Below are positions 24,401 through 37,869 of a stretch of 64,000 nucleotides of DNA, piece after piece. The position numbers and the translations under genes were made by a program. Position 1 is the stretch's first letter. Each line of letters starts with the position of its first letter. Source of the DNA: Antedon mediterranea (lineage: Eukaryota; Animalia; Echinodermata); assembly GCF_964355755.1 (NCBI RefSeq), contig NC_092670.1, positions 24,228,795 to 24,292,794 of the forward strand, read 5' to 3'. The notes below the pieces were generated by a model. That model was given only the letters and a program-made list of their open reading frames with translations, was not told the origin of the DNA and ran no database searches.

Positions 24401-27400
24401 AGAAAATTGAATTTAACAATCAAATATTCTGTGAATTTATGAGGACATTCTGTCTGTTAATAGTATTATTATTAACAATTATAGGGTAAGGGGTTACATT
24501 TTTCCTAATAACTTTGTATTTAGTGATCACATTTGCATATTTTTGGTATTAATATGTACTGCGTAGGTTGCCTAATTGTTATATTCATGTTGAAAAAATA
24601 AAACGTAACATATATTGACATCATTGTAGGTCAAATGGTCATTGAACATTTAAAGAAATGCAATTTTGTCCAAATTTAACATTAATAAAGTTTCAATATT
24701 TAACGCAAAAATACACCAAATCTAACTTTTTTTTTAAACCTATAAAGACAATGGACAAGAAATTGAAGTTAAAGATTAAAAACAAATAAACATGTGTAAT
24801 AATATTAGGAATTGTGACCGTAATAGTAATTTGTAATTATTAAAAATTATGGGGTAAGGGGTAACATTTTTGGTAATAACTTTGAATTTAGTCTACATAT
24901 TTTGCATTTCTAGGAACCAATAATATAAACTGTTTAATTGCTATATATTAAAAAATTATCAAAATGTTATTACCAATAGATTTATGTGGTTTTTAACTTA
25001 TTAAACCTATAGAAAAAAATTCACCGTTTAGTATTTGTTTTGGGGTACGAAATAACAAAATGCATGACTTTTTGGAAGCTATACATTATTTGATTTATTA
25101 TTAATTAAAATAAATGAAATTTAAATATGAGGATAATAAATAAACATATCCAGCTTCTGTGTTGTAAATTGTTTTTTATAATTTACATTCTAAACATTCA
25201 ATTGTCTATAGTAATCATAGAAATTGTTTAGATTACCATGTAATCGTGGGTGAGTGGCCGAGCGGTTAAGACAGTGGAACCGTAATCACGTAGCCATAAC
25301 ATCGGCAGGGGTTCGAGGCTCACTCACTCCATGGTTCTGGTGGTAGAACGAGTCTTCTCGGATAAGGACTATAAACCGTAGGTCCAGTGTACACAACTTG
25401 AACCTAGTACATCTTTCGAGACGAGTAGGGGGTTACCCCGGTGTATTAGTACATCACAGCCACTGATCACCAACTGGGCCCTCTGGGAGACCAGTCTTTG
25501 ACTGAAGAGGTTACCCAGTATAAATATATATTTCAATTTCAATTTCAATTTCAATTTCAATTATATCTTTTATTTGCAACTGATAAGATATTCTAAGGTT
25601 ATAATTGTTCATCTTGTTTGCAAATGCAAATGAGATAGTTTTCTAAACAAAACTGTTATGGTATTGTAATATTACAGGACAATTACATTTTACTTCATCT
25701 TGATTTAAAGAAAACAGTTAGTTTATTCAAACTCATTAATATGTCAATTTTTTAGATTTTCATATTAGCTGCAGTTCCACATCTTCCACATACGTTTGAA
25801 AGAACTGGGTATCTCTATGTTTTCATATCGCAGTTTAAAGTATGTTCCATGTATCTTGGCATGGTTGAAGGTGGTTGTAAGTTTTCCCCATTTTGATCAA
25901 GGTTACCATTAATATCTTTTAACCAATGTTTTAACCAAGAACACTGGTGCAGCATGTTACGGTCTTCAGTCTCTTTGTGTTTTCTGGACTCCTGGAAAGG
26001 ACCCAAAATATTGTGTCGAGAGAGACATTGACATGGAAATTAACAATTATATTGGAGGATAACTCTGACACAACCACCTAAAGTTAGGTGAGAAGGTCCA
26101 GTCAATACAATTTACACAGGAAGGAAAAATCTTATCTGGTACATCTTCAGAAGAGAGTCATGCATACTTCACATTTTCCTCATTGCTCACAGACGCCACT
26201 GAGCCAAATAGTGTTTCTATCCATTGTTGGATGCCCTTCACATCTCTAGAGAATACAGACTGAAGACTATAACGTGCTGTACCAGTGTACTTGGTTCTAG
26301 TATTTTCGTCAGCTTTTTCATAACATTTTAAAAGATATTAACGGTAACGTTGATCAAAATCGGGAAACTTGCAAAGTATCACATTCCAAAATGTCAAGGA
26401 ACATTGCACAAGATCATACTTCAGTTTGCGATAACAAAATCATGTCTTTTAAAGATTTCTATATATACCCAGTTGTTTTAAATGATGTAGGCTTTACTGG
26501 AATTTGACGATGTAATATAATAGAATTAATTTTCGAGAAAGTGTGAATTGCTAAACTGCAGCTGATATGCAGATCTGAAACATTTACATATTGTTACGGA
26601 GTTCATTTTTGTAAACCAAGATACAGGAAAATGTCAGATGAACATTTATAGAAAAGAATATCTTTTAAATACAAATTTAATTGGTAGGCCCTAGTGTCAT
26701 TTTTAAATTTACTATATAAGTCGATTAATTGATTTAAAGTACAATCTGTAAAATAATAACAATTTATACAGTATAGCCTAAAAAGAGTAGCCGTAGGATA
26801 TGTATTTAAAAAATAACCAAATACCCTATCTAAAGTAGTGGAGCTGTAGCTTGGTGGTTAACATGCTTGCCTTCCAATCCCAAGTTCCGGGGTTCAATCC
26901 TGACCTAGTGCCAGGCTTGTAACTCACGACTCTTTCAACTCCACTCCTTAAGCCTTAAGTGAGACTTAGTTTATAATCACGATAAATTATAAAATAGTTT
27001 ATCCACCCTGTAATTTCATGATGAAATATATGTTTTTATAAAGCTCCTATCCTCATATTAAAACAAAATCATTAATTTTTTTTCCAATAATTTATACCCT
27101 CCAACAAGTCATGCATAATGTGTGCATTGTGTACCCCACAACAACACTAAATACTAAAATTTTGTCTACAGGCTTTAAATAAAACTACACAACCACTATT
27201 ATTTGAGATCAAAGTGTTGCATAATTTTTGGATATAACAATTTTTGATTAAACAGTTTATACAGTACCTTACTTATTGTTACCAAGAAATGCAAAATATG
27301 TTCAATAAATTCAAAGTTATTAGCGAAAATGTTACCCCTTACCCCATAATTTTTAAGGATTACAAATTACTAATACGGTCAAAATTCTTCATATTGTTAG

Positions 27401-30400
27401 GGCCTATACATGTTCATTTGTGTTTAATCTTTAACTTTAATTTGTATTTGTACATTGTCTTTATAGGTTTAAAAAAAAACACCAGTTTGTAATGGATTTG
27501 TTGTATTTTTGTGTTTAAAATTGAAACTTTATTAATGTTAAATTTGGACGAAATTGTATTTTTTGTTAATGTTCAATGATCCTTTGACCTACAATGATGT
27601 CAATTTGTTACGTTTTATTTTTTCAACATGAATATAACAATTAGGCAACCTACACAGTACATTATTAATACAAAAAAATGCAAATTTGATCACTAAATAC
27701 AAAGTTATTAGAAAAAATGTTGCCCCTTATCCTATAATTGTTAATAACAAATTATTAGTAACGGACAAAATTTCTTCATAAATTCATAGAATATTTGTTT
27801 GTTTAATTTCAATTTTCTTATTCATTGTGTCTATATGTTTAGGAAAACATCAACATAAGATCTTTTGTAAGTTTGTGTTTAAAATTGAAATGTATAAGTT
27901 AATTTAGAAGAAATTGCATTTTTGATTGAAGGTCATTGACCTTTTGACCTCTAAAGACGTCAATAGATGCTGGATTCATTTTAAAAAAGTATATTACAAT
28001 AATGAAATCCATACACTACATAATGATAACATGAAAATGTAAATCTGTTCACTAAATCTTAAGTTATTTGCAAAAACGTTACCCCCTACCCCATAATTGT
28101 CACAAATTACTAATGACGAACAAGTTTCTTTATAATGCACAGCATATTCAATTTAGAAAAAATGTTAAATTCAATTTTCTTATTTATTGTGTCTATAGGT
28201 TTAAGAAAACATTAGTTTGCATAAGATTTCCTGTTTTGTGTGTTTAAAATTGAAATTTATAAGCTAATTTAGAAGAAATTGCATTTTTTATTAAAGGTCA
28301 GTGACCTTTTGACCTCTAAAGATGTCAACAAATGCGGGATTCATTTTTAAAAAGTATATTACAATTAGGCAATCTATACACCACATATTGATAGCAAGAA
28401 AATGCAAATCTGTTAACTAAATTGTAAGTTATTCGCAAAAATGTTACCCCCTACCCCATAATTGTAAACGATTACAAATTACTAAAAACAACAAATTTCT
28501 TCATAATACACAGCATATTCATATTTTGTTAATCTTTAACTTCAATTTTCTTGTTTATTGGGTCTATATGTTCATGAAAACATCAGTTTGCATAACATCT
28601 ATTGTATTTTTTGTTGTTAAAAACTGAAAGTTATACGTTAATATTAGACAAAAAATCATTTTTTATTAAAGTTCAATGACCTTCTGACCTCTAATGGCGT
28701 CAATAATTGTTGGATTTACTTAGAAAAATATATTACACTTAAGCTGTCTATACACTACTTATTGATACCAAGAAAATGCAAATCTGTTCATTAAATCCCG
28801 AGTTATTAGCAAAAGTGTTACCCCCTACCCCAAAATTTTGTGGTGCATATTTTCCGTAGGCGGTGTTATATAATCCTCAAAAATGACTATTAAGCTGTAC
28901 AATTGGCATTGCTATCATGGATTTCTGAAAAGTAGACATATTAAGCTTTCCAAAAATGTATGGTAGTATTTGCCACCAATTTGATACCAAAAAAATGTCT
29001 GGCCCATGGACTATTTGACTAAAATACTTCTTCTTAGGAGATGTACTTTGAAGCAAACTTTGATTCATCTTAAATTGTTTATATATTGGAAATGCGTATA
29101 ATTGGTAAAACGTAAAATGTTCCAAAAAAAATTAAAGGAATAAGGCGAAATAGGAAAATGCAGCATAATCTATAGTAGTTATTATTTTTTTATTTAAACA
29201 ACTGAATGATTTTATATTAAAATGTTATAATGCCAATAACAATAGTGAAATTAAGATGATTAAATTTTAAATATTTATCAAGGTTACATAACAAATACTT
29301 TAATTGTAATTGTTTAGGATGCACAAAACGCTGTTAATACAGGTTTTCATCAAAATGCATTAGGCCTACTTAAATTGTCTTAATATGTATGTGTTTTAAC
29401 ACATGGGAAAATTGTCTATGTTGAACATTTTTCAATTAGCATTAACAACATATAAACATAATCATAATATACTTACAATTTTTCTAGAGATATCAAACCA
29501 GAAAAAACATTGACTTGCAATGCACTAATTTTGTTCTGAGACAAATCCCTTCAAAATAGATAAAATACCTAATAAACACTAAATTGACTATTTTAGTATC
29601 AAAGTATAAATGTAAATAAGTCAAAACGACTGATGGACAACAACATAAAAAAGACAATAGAAACTTGGAGAAGGTTTAGAAATAAAAATATTCAGTTCTT
29701 TCAGAGATGTCAAACCAGAAAAAGCCTGGTAATTTACTAATTTGGTTGAAAGACAAATCCCTTTGAAGTAAATACAGTAAACATGCGAAATAGTATATGT
29801 GATCATTTTTCAATGAGCATTAACAACAATTAAACATAGTCATATAATTACAATTTTTCTAGAGATATCAAACCAGAAAAAACATTGACTTGCAATGCAC
29901 TAATTTTGTTCTCAGATAAATTCCTTCAAAATAGATAAAATACCCATTAAACACTAAATTGACTATTTTAGTATCAAGAAAAAACACAATATTATTATCA
30001 TGCCACAGTTCATTGAATGCCACAATCTAACGTTGGCGTCTATTTTTAAATGTGAATAAGTTAAAACGACTAATGGACAACAACATAAAAAAGACAATAG
30101 AGACTTTAGGAAAGTTTAGAAAAAAAAAATACTCACAGTTCTTTCAGAGATGTTAAACCAGAAAAAGCATAGCCTGGTAATGTACTAATTTTGTTGTAAG
30201 ACAAATATCTTTGAAGTAAACACAGTAAACATGCAAAATAGTATATGTTGAACATTTTTCAATGAGCATTAACAACAATTAAACGTAATCATATATAAAA
30301 AATAAACACTGGAGATGTCAAACCAGAAAAAAACATTGTCTTGCAATGCACTATTTTTGTTCCAAGACAAATTCTATCAAAATAGATAAAATACCCAGAA

Positions 30401-33400
30401 AACATACTAAATTGACTATTTTAGTATCAAGAAAAAACACAATTATTATTATTATTATCAAGTCACAGTATATTGAATCCAACAATCTAACGTTAACGTC
30501 TATTTTTAAATGTGAATAAGTCATAACGACTAATGGACAACAACATAAAAATGACAATATAGACTTCGAGCAAGTTTAGAAATAACAAGGACATATACAT
30601 GGCTGCAGTCGCGTGCGAAAATTTGAGTTAGTGTTTACCGACCGACCAACCGACCGACGTAGTAAGCTGTAGAGTTTATATATTGGAAATGCGTATAATT
30701 GGTAAAACGTAAAATGTTCCAAAAAGATTAAAGGAATAAGGCGAAATAGGAAAATGCAGCATAATCTATAGTAGTTATTATTTTTTTATTTAAACAACTG
30801 AATGATTTTATATTAAAATGTTATAATGCCAATAACAATAGTGAAATTAAGATGATTAAATTTTAAATATTTATCAAGGTTACATAACAAATACTTTAAT
30901 TGTACTTGTTTAGGATGCACAAAACGCTGTTAATACAGGTTTCTATCAAAATGCATTAGGCCTACTTAAATTGTCTTAATATGTATGTGTTTTAACACAT
31001 GGGAAAATTGTCTATGTTGAACATTTTTCAATTAGCATTAACAACATAAAAACATAATCATAATATACTTACAATTTTTCTAGAGATATCAAACCAGAAA
31101 AAACATTGACTTGCAATGCACTAATTTTGTTCTGAGATAAATCTCTTCAAAATAGATAAAATACCTAATAAACACTAAATTGACTATTTTAGTATCAAGG
31201 TATCAATGTAAATAAGTCAAAACGACTGATGGACAACAACATAAAAAAGACAATAGAAACTTGGAGCAGGTTTAGAAAAAAAAATACTCAGTTCTTTCAG
31301 AGATGTCAAACCAGAAAAAGCCTGGTAATTTACTAATTTGGTTGAAAGACAAATCCCTTTGAAGTAAATACAGTAAACATGCGAAATAGTATATGTGATC
31401 ATTTTTCAATGAGCATTAACAACAATTAAACATAATCATATAATTACAATTTTTCTAGAGATATCAAACCAGAAAAAAACATTGACTTGCAATGCACTAA
31501 TTTTGTTCTCAGATAAATCCCTTCAAAATAGATAAAATACCCATTAAACACTAAATTGACTATTTTAGTATCAAGAAAAAACACAATATTATTATCATGC
31601 CACAGTACATTGAATGCCACAATCTAACGTTGCCGTCTATTTTTAAATGTGAATAAGTTAAAACGACTAATGGACAACAACATAAAAAAGACAATAGAGA
31701 CTTTAGGAAAGTTTAGAAGAAAACAAATACTCACAGTTCTTTCAGAGATGTTAAACCAGAAAAAGCATAGCCTGGTAATGTACTAATTTTGTTGTAAGAC
31801 AAATCTCTTTGAAGTAAACACAGTAAACATGCGAAATAGTATATGTTGAACATTTTTCAATTAGCATTAACAACAATTAAACGTAATCATATATAAAAAA
31901 TAAACACTGGAGTTGTCAAACCAGAAAAAAAACTTTGTCTTGCAATGCACTATATTTGTTCCAAGACAAATTCTATCAAAATAGATAAAATACCCAGAAA
32001 ACATACTAAATTGACTATTTTAGTATCAAGAAAAAACACAATTATTATTATTATTATTATCAAGTCACAGTATATTGAATCCAACAATCTAACGTTAACG
32101 TCTATTTTTAAATGTGAATAAGTCAAAACGACTAATGGACAACAACATAAAAATGACAATATAGACTAAGAAGAAAGTTTAGAATAACAAGGAATCGCGT
32201 GCGAGAATTTGAGTTTGATGTCAAACCAGCAATGGTCTGACATCAACATAAAAAAGACAATAGAGACTTTGGGCAAGTTTAGAAAAAATACTCACAGTTC
32301 TTTCAGAGATGTCAAACCAGAAAAGGTATCGGCTGGTAATGTACCAATTTGGTTGTAAGACAAATCTCTTTAAAGTAAACACAATAAACATGCGAAATTG
32401 TCTATGTTGAACATTTTTCAATTAGCATTAACATAAATTAAAACGTAATCTTATGAAAGATAAACACTTGAGATGTCAAACCAGAAAAAATATTTGTCTT
32501 TGTCTTGCAATGCACTAATTTTGTTCCAAAATAAATCCCTTCAAAATAGATAAAATATGCCTACCCAGTAAACATAATAAATTGACTATTTTAATATTAG
32601 GGAAAAAAACACAATATCATGTCACAGTACATTGGATGCAACAATCTAACGTTGGCGTCTATTTTTCAATGTAAATAAGTCAGAACGACTGATGGACAAC
32701 AACATAACAAAGACAATAGAAACTTGGAGCAAGTTTAGAAATAAAAATACTTACAGTTCTTTCAGAGATGTCAAACCAGAAAAAGCATAGCCTGGTAATG
32801 TACTAATTTGGTTGAAAGACAAATCTCTTTAAAATAAACACAATAAACATTCGAAATTGTCTATGTTGAAAATCTTATAATTATCTTTAACAACAATTAA
32901 ACATAATCACATAAAAAATAATGCACTAATTTCGTTCTAAGACAAATCCCTTCAAAATAGATAAAATACTATTAAACACTTTTCAGCAATAAGTAAATGT
33001 AACAAAGATTTAACTTTAATCAAGAAAAAAATATTTTTAAACATGTCAAACCAAAGAAATTGTCTCTTAACATGATTTTGCGATTGATCATAATATGCTA
33101 ACTTAAGTACTTATTACTTTTTTCAGAAAAGGCAGGTTACGTTAGTTAGTAAATAATAATTATATTTATTGTTAGGCCTACAGTTCTTAGAGATATCAAA
33201 CCTGGATGGTAATTCATTAATTTGTATCCCAGAAAATTCCTTCAAATTAAACACAATATACGGTAGAAAAGGAAAGTGTGCCAAATCACCAAATAACAAG
33301 TTTACTTTAGTAATAATGTACGTAATTAAGAATATAAATAAATACCTTACATTTTTTTTCAGACATGTTAATCAAGAAAAAAACATATTTTTTTTTAAAC

Positions 33401-34971
33401 ATGAGGAATTGTCTATGTTTAACATTGTTTAATTAGCAATAACAACATTTAAACGTAATCATATAAAAAATAAACACTTACAATTTTTCTAGAGATGTTA
33501 AACCAGAAAAAACATTGGCTTGCAATGCACTAATTGCGTTAAGAGACAAATCCCTTCAAATAGATAAAAACCCAGTAAACATACTAAATTGACTTTTTTA
33601 GTATCAAGAAAAAATATCGGCTTGTGTACTAATTTTGTTGAAAGTCAAATCTCTTCAAAGTAAATAATAACTAAACATTTTGAAATTTTCTAAATTGAAC
33701 ACTTTTCAAAACTAATTCAATTTCAAAAATATGTTATGTAAATAATAAATATACCTCTTATGCTTTTCATTTTTTTTTTAAAGAATAAATATAATGCTAA
33801 TTTCATTATTCCTCAACATATCTAAACTACGGTGATATTATTTCTATTTCATTTGATAATTTATCTCTGTTTTGTATCCTTTATACATTATACATTATTA
33901 TATGAGGTTTATGCTATAATCTAATTTTCAGTTTTAACCACTCTCACAGTATTATTATACTGTTTAATTTTTGTTTAAAGAAAAATCAACCGCATTCAAA
34001 ACATTTTGTTAGGCCTATGTTTTTCCCCAACTTGTTTCGTCTTAGTCGTTGTCGTCATATTCTTTTAGAAATAATAATGATAGTTCAGTAAAGATACCTA
34101 CAATGATTTGATTGGACAATGCTGGTTGTAATTAGAAATGTCTGTCCAGTTATATCTTATTGGATTGTTACAATAATATTCGCATGTCACTGGTGAGAAC
34201 TGACAGGAGAAATTCACTGGGCAAACCGCTTCTATAAAAACATAAGAAATAAATAAATAAATAAATACAAAACAATAACCGAAGCTAATTAACAGACAGT
34301 CGTCTTCAAGTAACGTTGTGACACATTAAGATCGTGGGCTCCATTCTGTACGACTGAGGAGAATGATTCACTCTAAGCCTGTGCGGTCACCTTCACCATA
34401 CCTAGGTGTATTTTGGTAAGACTCTAGGCCTACGTTATTATTTTATGTAGTCATAATTTTTTTGTAATCCTGATTCCTTGCCGTTGTTCATTGTGATATG
34501 GATGAGTTTCCTCGCTGACCCCTCCTTGTGTTATTTTACTATCAAAGATGTATTGTCCCCAAAACAATACAAATGAAGATTAATACAACTTCAAACTTTT
34601 CCCCCGAAAATAAAAAAAATCAATTCAAACAAACCAAGACAATCGCTGGATTGACTTTTGTTTTTCTTTAAATTCCAGTTTTATCTAAATCATTGTTTTG
34701 TTTGATTTAATTTTTGGAGATATGAATTGTTTAACAAAAATGGGAAACAAGCAAAACTGCAGAAAATCGATTATTGGAAGTTTACTCAATTTTATAAGTC
34801 TGATAATCAAGATCAAGCGACTACAATAGCAAACATATACATTACACTTTAAAAATATTATACATGTATAATGACAATAATAAAAGCAATCATACCAGAA
34901 ACATTGCAACAAACAGCAAGCGGTACAGTCAAGAATATGACGATTATGATTTTAAAGATGACAGCCATCAT
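21462..34971 (-). CDS. LRR-containing class A GPCR 1 (RXFP/GRL101-like 7TM), about 629 aa. Exons: 34971-34896 (signal peptide), 34231-34102 (Cys-rich cap), 72-bp LRR exons 33553-33482, 32826-32755, 32367-32296, 31806-31735, 31144-31073, 30208-30137, 29923-29852, 29548-29477, 22669-22598, and 22497-21462 (hinge + 7TM)
   Basis: MMAVIFKIIIVIFLTVPLAVCC signal peptide; all listed exons have AG/GT ends with compatible phases (1, 2, 2...); hinge LCC...C.P.DAFASCADLL; TM motifs NLAVSD, SIDR, CLALP, FTDFCCWFP, NSCINPYLY. Confidence 0.85.
25241..25561 (+). mobile_element. tRNA-derived SINE with a (TTTCAA)n tail
   Basis: A-box TGGCCGAGCGG, B-box GGTTCGAGGCT, same core as 1418-3056, different 3' end. 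Confidence 0.8.
26838..26915 (+). other. Degenerate tRNA-like sequence (SINE head or tRNA pseudogene)
   Basis: TAGCTTGGTGG A-box, GCCTTCCAA anticodon-like loop, GGTTCAATCC B-box; stems pair poorly. Confidence 0.4.
29078..32190. repeat. About 1.6-kb direct tandem duplication within the LRR exon array of GPCR 1
   Basis: 29078 to ~30585 is repeated almost exactly at ~30675 to 32190, including the same 5-bp deletion in the pseudo-exons at ~29693 and ~31290. Confidence 0.85.
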
Positions 34972-36749
34972 TCTTCTTTACTCAACTCAACTAAAAATAA
35001 ACGTTTACTCCATGAACTTGTTCGTTATGTTATAAACGTATCGTGCTAACTACTCATATATAATTGAATAATTCTGTTGCGTTGATTTTAGTGCGTATTA
35101 AACATTTAGACAAATTACTTCACCAGATATTACTAGTATAAACGTCTTAAATAACCAATATCGTAAAGTACAACATTAAAAGTGAAGTAGTCGTGTGGTC
35201 CTCTTAGCCTACTGTTGCAAAATATTTTTTAACGGTGACTAACCCAGAGTTTGAGTCGAAAGTTTGCTAGTTCAGGACTTAACCCCCGTCATTTTAGTAA
35301 TAAATATATATTGTGTTAATAATTTCAGTGCTATTATGCCTACAAAAATTGATTTCAATTGATGTGTCTAATAGAAGTGGTGCTGTTCATAATGTTAATT
35401 GTGGCACATGCAAGCGAAATCGGACATAAGTAGCATTTGTAGATTTGTAGAAACAGCCAAAAACAATAAAAGGCTGAAAAATTACATATTTTTATTTTTA
35501 CAGAAAATGATAACTGAAACAATACTTATTTACATTACCTTGGTATTTTCCTATTTTGAGACAAATAAATAGATACATTTTAACATTTTGTTTAGTATGT
35601 TGGTTAAAAGGATGGTGTAAATTATGTATGATTTTCATAAAACCTATCATGTTTTATGCTTAAATTGAAAGTGTTCCATTGGGTTGATTTTAATTAAATT
35701 CATCATTTCTGTCCTTAACCTGAACAAAAATAATGCAGCCTGGTGTCTAGTCATATGTTGTATGCTCCTACGTTTATTTTTATTTGTGAAAGTTATCTCC
35801 TTTTTAGTTTTTACCGAGTAAATCCTGTAAATGTTTTAATTGTTGCTATTTTTTGTTATATTCTTAAATCTGGCTTTTGTATAATTGTTTCTTTATCTTA
35901 ATTCTCGTCAAAGTATACCTACACTATGAGAAAAGCACAGATGGAATACGTGACTAGATTCTTCTTAACTTTGATTTAACATGCGTCTTGGAGTACCGGC
36001 TTTGTTATTATTAATTATAATTGATAAAGTTCGTCGTCGTATTTGATATTAATTTAGTGTTTAGTTAAATTTAACATCGCGTTCATGTTGTCTATACGCA
36101 TTTAGATTTTACAAATAATAATTCCTTCCTATGAGTTGTTTTTCTCTTGTAATGTAGAATTAAGCCTACCGTATTGTGTATGTTATTACACATTCAAATA
36201 TTATTGTTTAATATTGATTTGGAGTTTGCAGGGTTTTAACTTTATAACTTTAACCATGGAGAAATCTTTAACTAAATCATAAACTGACTGTATTACAGCA
36301 TTAGTTTCCTTATGGCCTATTTATTACATTAAACTATTGCGCATATATCAAAATATACCGATTTAATTGTACAGAAAAAGAAATATAATATTGTCTCCCA
36401 GCCCTCCTAAAAAATATTTTTAAATTGTTTGATTATTTATGCCGTTTTAATACGAAACACAATTGTTAATCATGTTTACCAAAATTGGATCGAAACACAA
36501 ATATTTAGCTGAACACCCTGTAATTTAAAGCAGTCTTAAGTGTCTTATAGATAATGATTTGTTTAAATTTAATTTGGTTGTCTAATTAAGTGAAATCATA
36601 ATTTAATAAACATGATAAAAACTAAAAAGTGACCTTACTTTAAGTCTGATTTTATTAATCTTCATTTACCATGTTTTAGGGCACATCTTTAAATTATTTT
36701 TAAAACAGCATTATGTTATACAGAATGAATGAATACATATTCATAACGG

Positions 36750-37200
36750 TTGATATGTAAGAAAGTTCTTGGCATACCTTATAAATCTAATAACGACAGA
36801 TCACGAGGGCTGAACTTGGGCGTTTTCCATTATGGATTGATGTATACAAGAAATTGTTAGCTTTTTTGCTAAAGGTAATCGGAATGGCTCCAAATCGACT
36901 TCCTTATAAATGTTATGCGCTTTTGAAGCGATTTCAGGAAAACGAAGGTAAACCAAATTGGGTATCAAATATCAAATCAATCCTCAAGCGATACCGGTAT
37001 GGCTTCGGCTATGCATGGCTTAACCAGGGTGTTGGAAATAAGCGTTTATTTCTTATGTAATTTAAAAAAACGATGTATTCACAGGAGTGGCGGTCACAAT
37101 CTGACTCACGCAGCAGACTTTTTTATCTCAATATTAAACAGTCAATTAAGTTAGAAAAAAAAACAAACAACAAGTAAAAGTATTTATGCATAGAAGATAC
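36750..37200 (+). mobile_element. Decayed non-LTR retrotransposon ORF2 C-terminal fragment (second copy at ~56800-57240)
   Basis: RAELGRFPLWIDVYKK...NRLPYKCY...NWVSNIKSIL..GFGYAW, typical of the LINE post-RT region. Confidence 0.55.
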
Positions 37201-37869
37201 ATTTTGTTGATAAGGACCTCATCACACAACTTAAATGTAAATATTAGAGTAAATGATAATTTCTTAAACCTATGTCAGATTTAAATGCTTATGTTAATCT
37301 GTCAAAGTATTTATTTGTATCGTTAAAAAGGAGAGAGTCAACCTTACAATAATATATTGTGAATCTATGCGCCCGTGGCCTAAAGATAAAATAAAGGCAG
37401 GCACCATTGCCTGGAATTAAAAAAAAACCTAGGCCTAACATCTCAATAAATGATATAGCATTTATCTTTGTTCTAAATTTACGAAACAATCCATTTTATT
37501 AATAAATTCCACTTTGTTCTTTTGCCCATTTATTACAAAATCCTGCTACATAGTACAGATCTGAAACGCGAAATATATTCGTCTATTTCTTTTTCAGGCT
37601 TGGGGAAACCGCAATGGTATCGTTATTGGAATAAATAAAGGAACTCATAGGTAATAGTATACCTAAAATTAGCTAACAAAGATGAGGATTAGGCACAGAA
37701 AACCACAAATACATAAATCATAACATACATTTATTCATCTCATAAACAAACAAACCAAGCAAAGAATAAAAAATATTTTTAATGATGAAAGGGACCTCCA
37801 ACAAGAAACCCCAGCCAGAACAACACAAAAAGAAGCAGATAGGTTAAATGAACCCATTATAGGCCAACA

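Larger units (their letters stand above)
23190..29013. mobile_element. 5.8-kb foldback-type DNA transposon with about 2-kb inverted arms made of ~365-bp subrepeats, in an intron of GPCR 1
   Basis: Termini TAGTCCATGGGCCAG / CTGGCCCATGGACTA; 3-bp TSD TTT confirmed by the empty site GCC-TTT-GACT at ~46406-46415; GGGGTAGGGGGTAAC-like motif five times per arm. Confidence 0.85.

Noticed and set aside
1418-26915. Functional tRNA genes at 1418-1515, 25245-25330 and 26838-26915
   Set aside because: A and B boxes are present but the cloverleaf stems are broken, and two of them continue into SINE bodies
23196-29125. Two similar ORFs containing SNWWQ.LPYIFGKLNMSTFQKSM on opposite strands
   Set aside because: They are the two inverted arms of the foldback element; there is no evidence of coding function
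29400-33600. CRISPR-like repeat-spacer array
   Set aside because: The repeats are 72-bp LRR exons with splice sites, and the intervening DNA is duplicated intron rather than unique spacers
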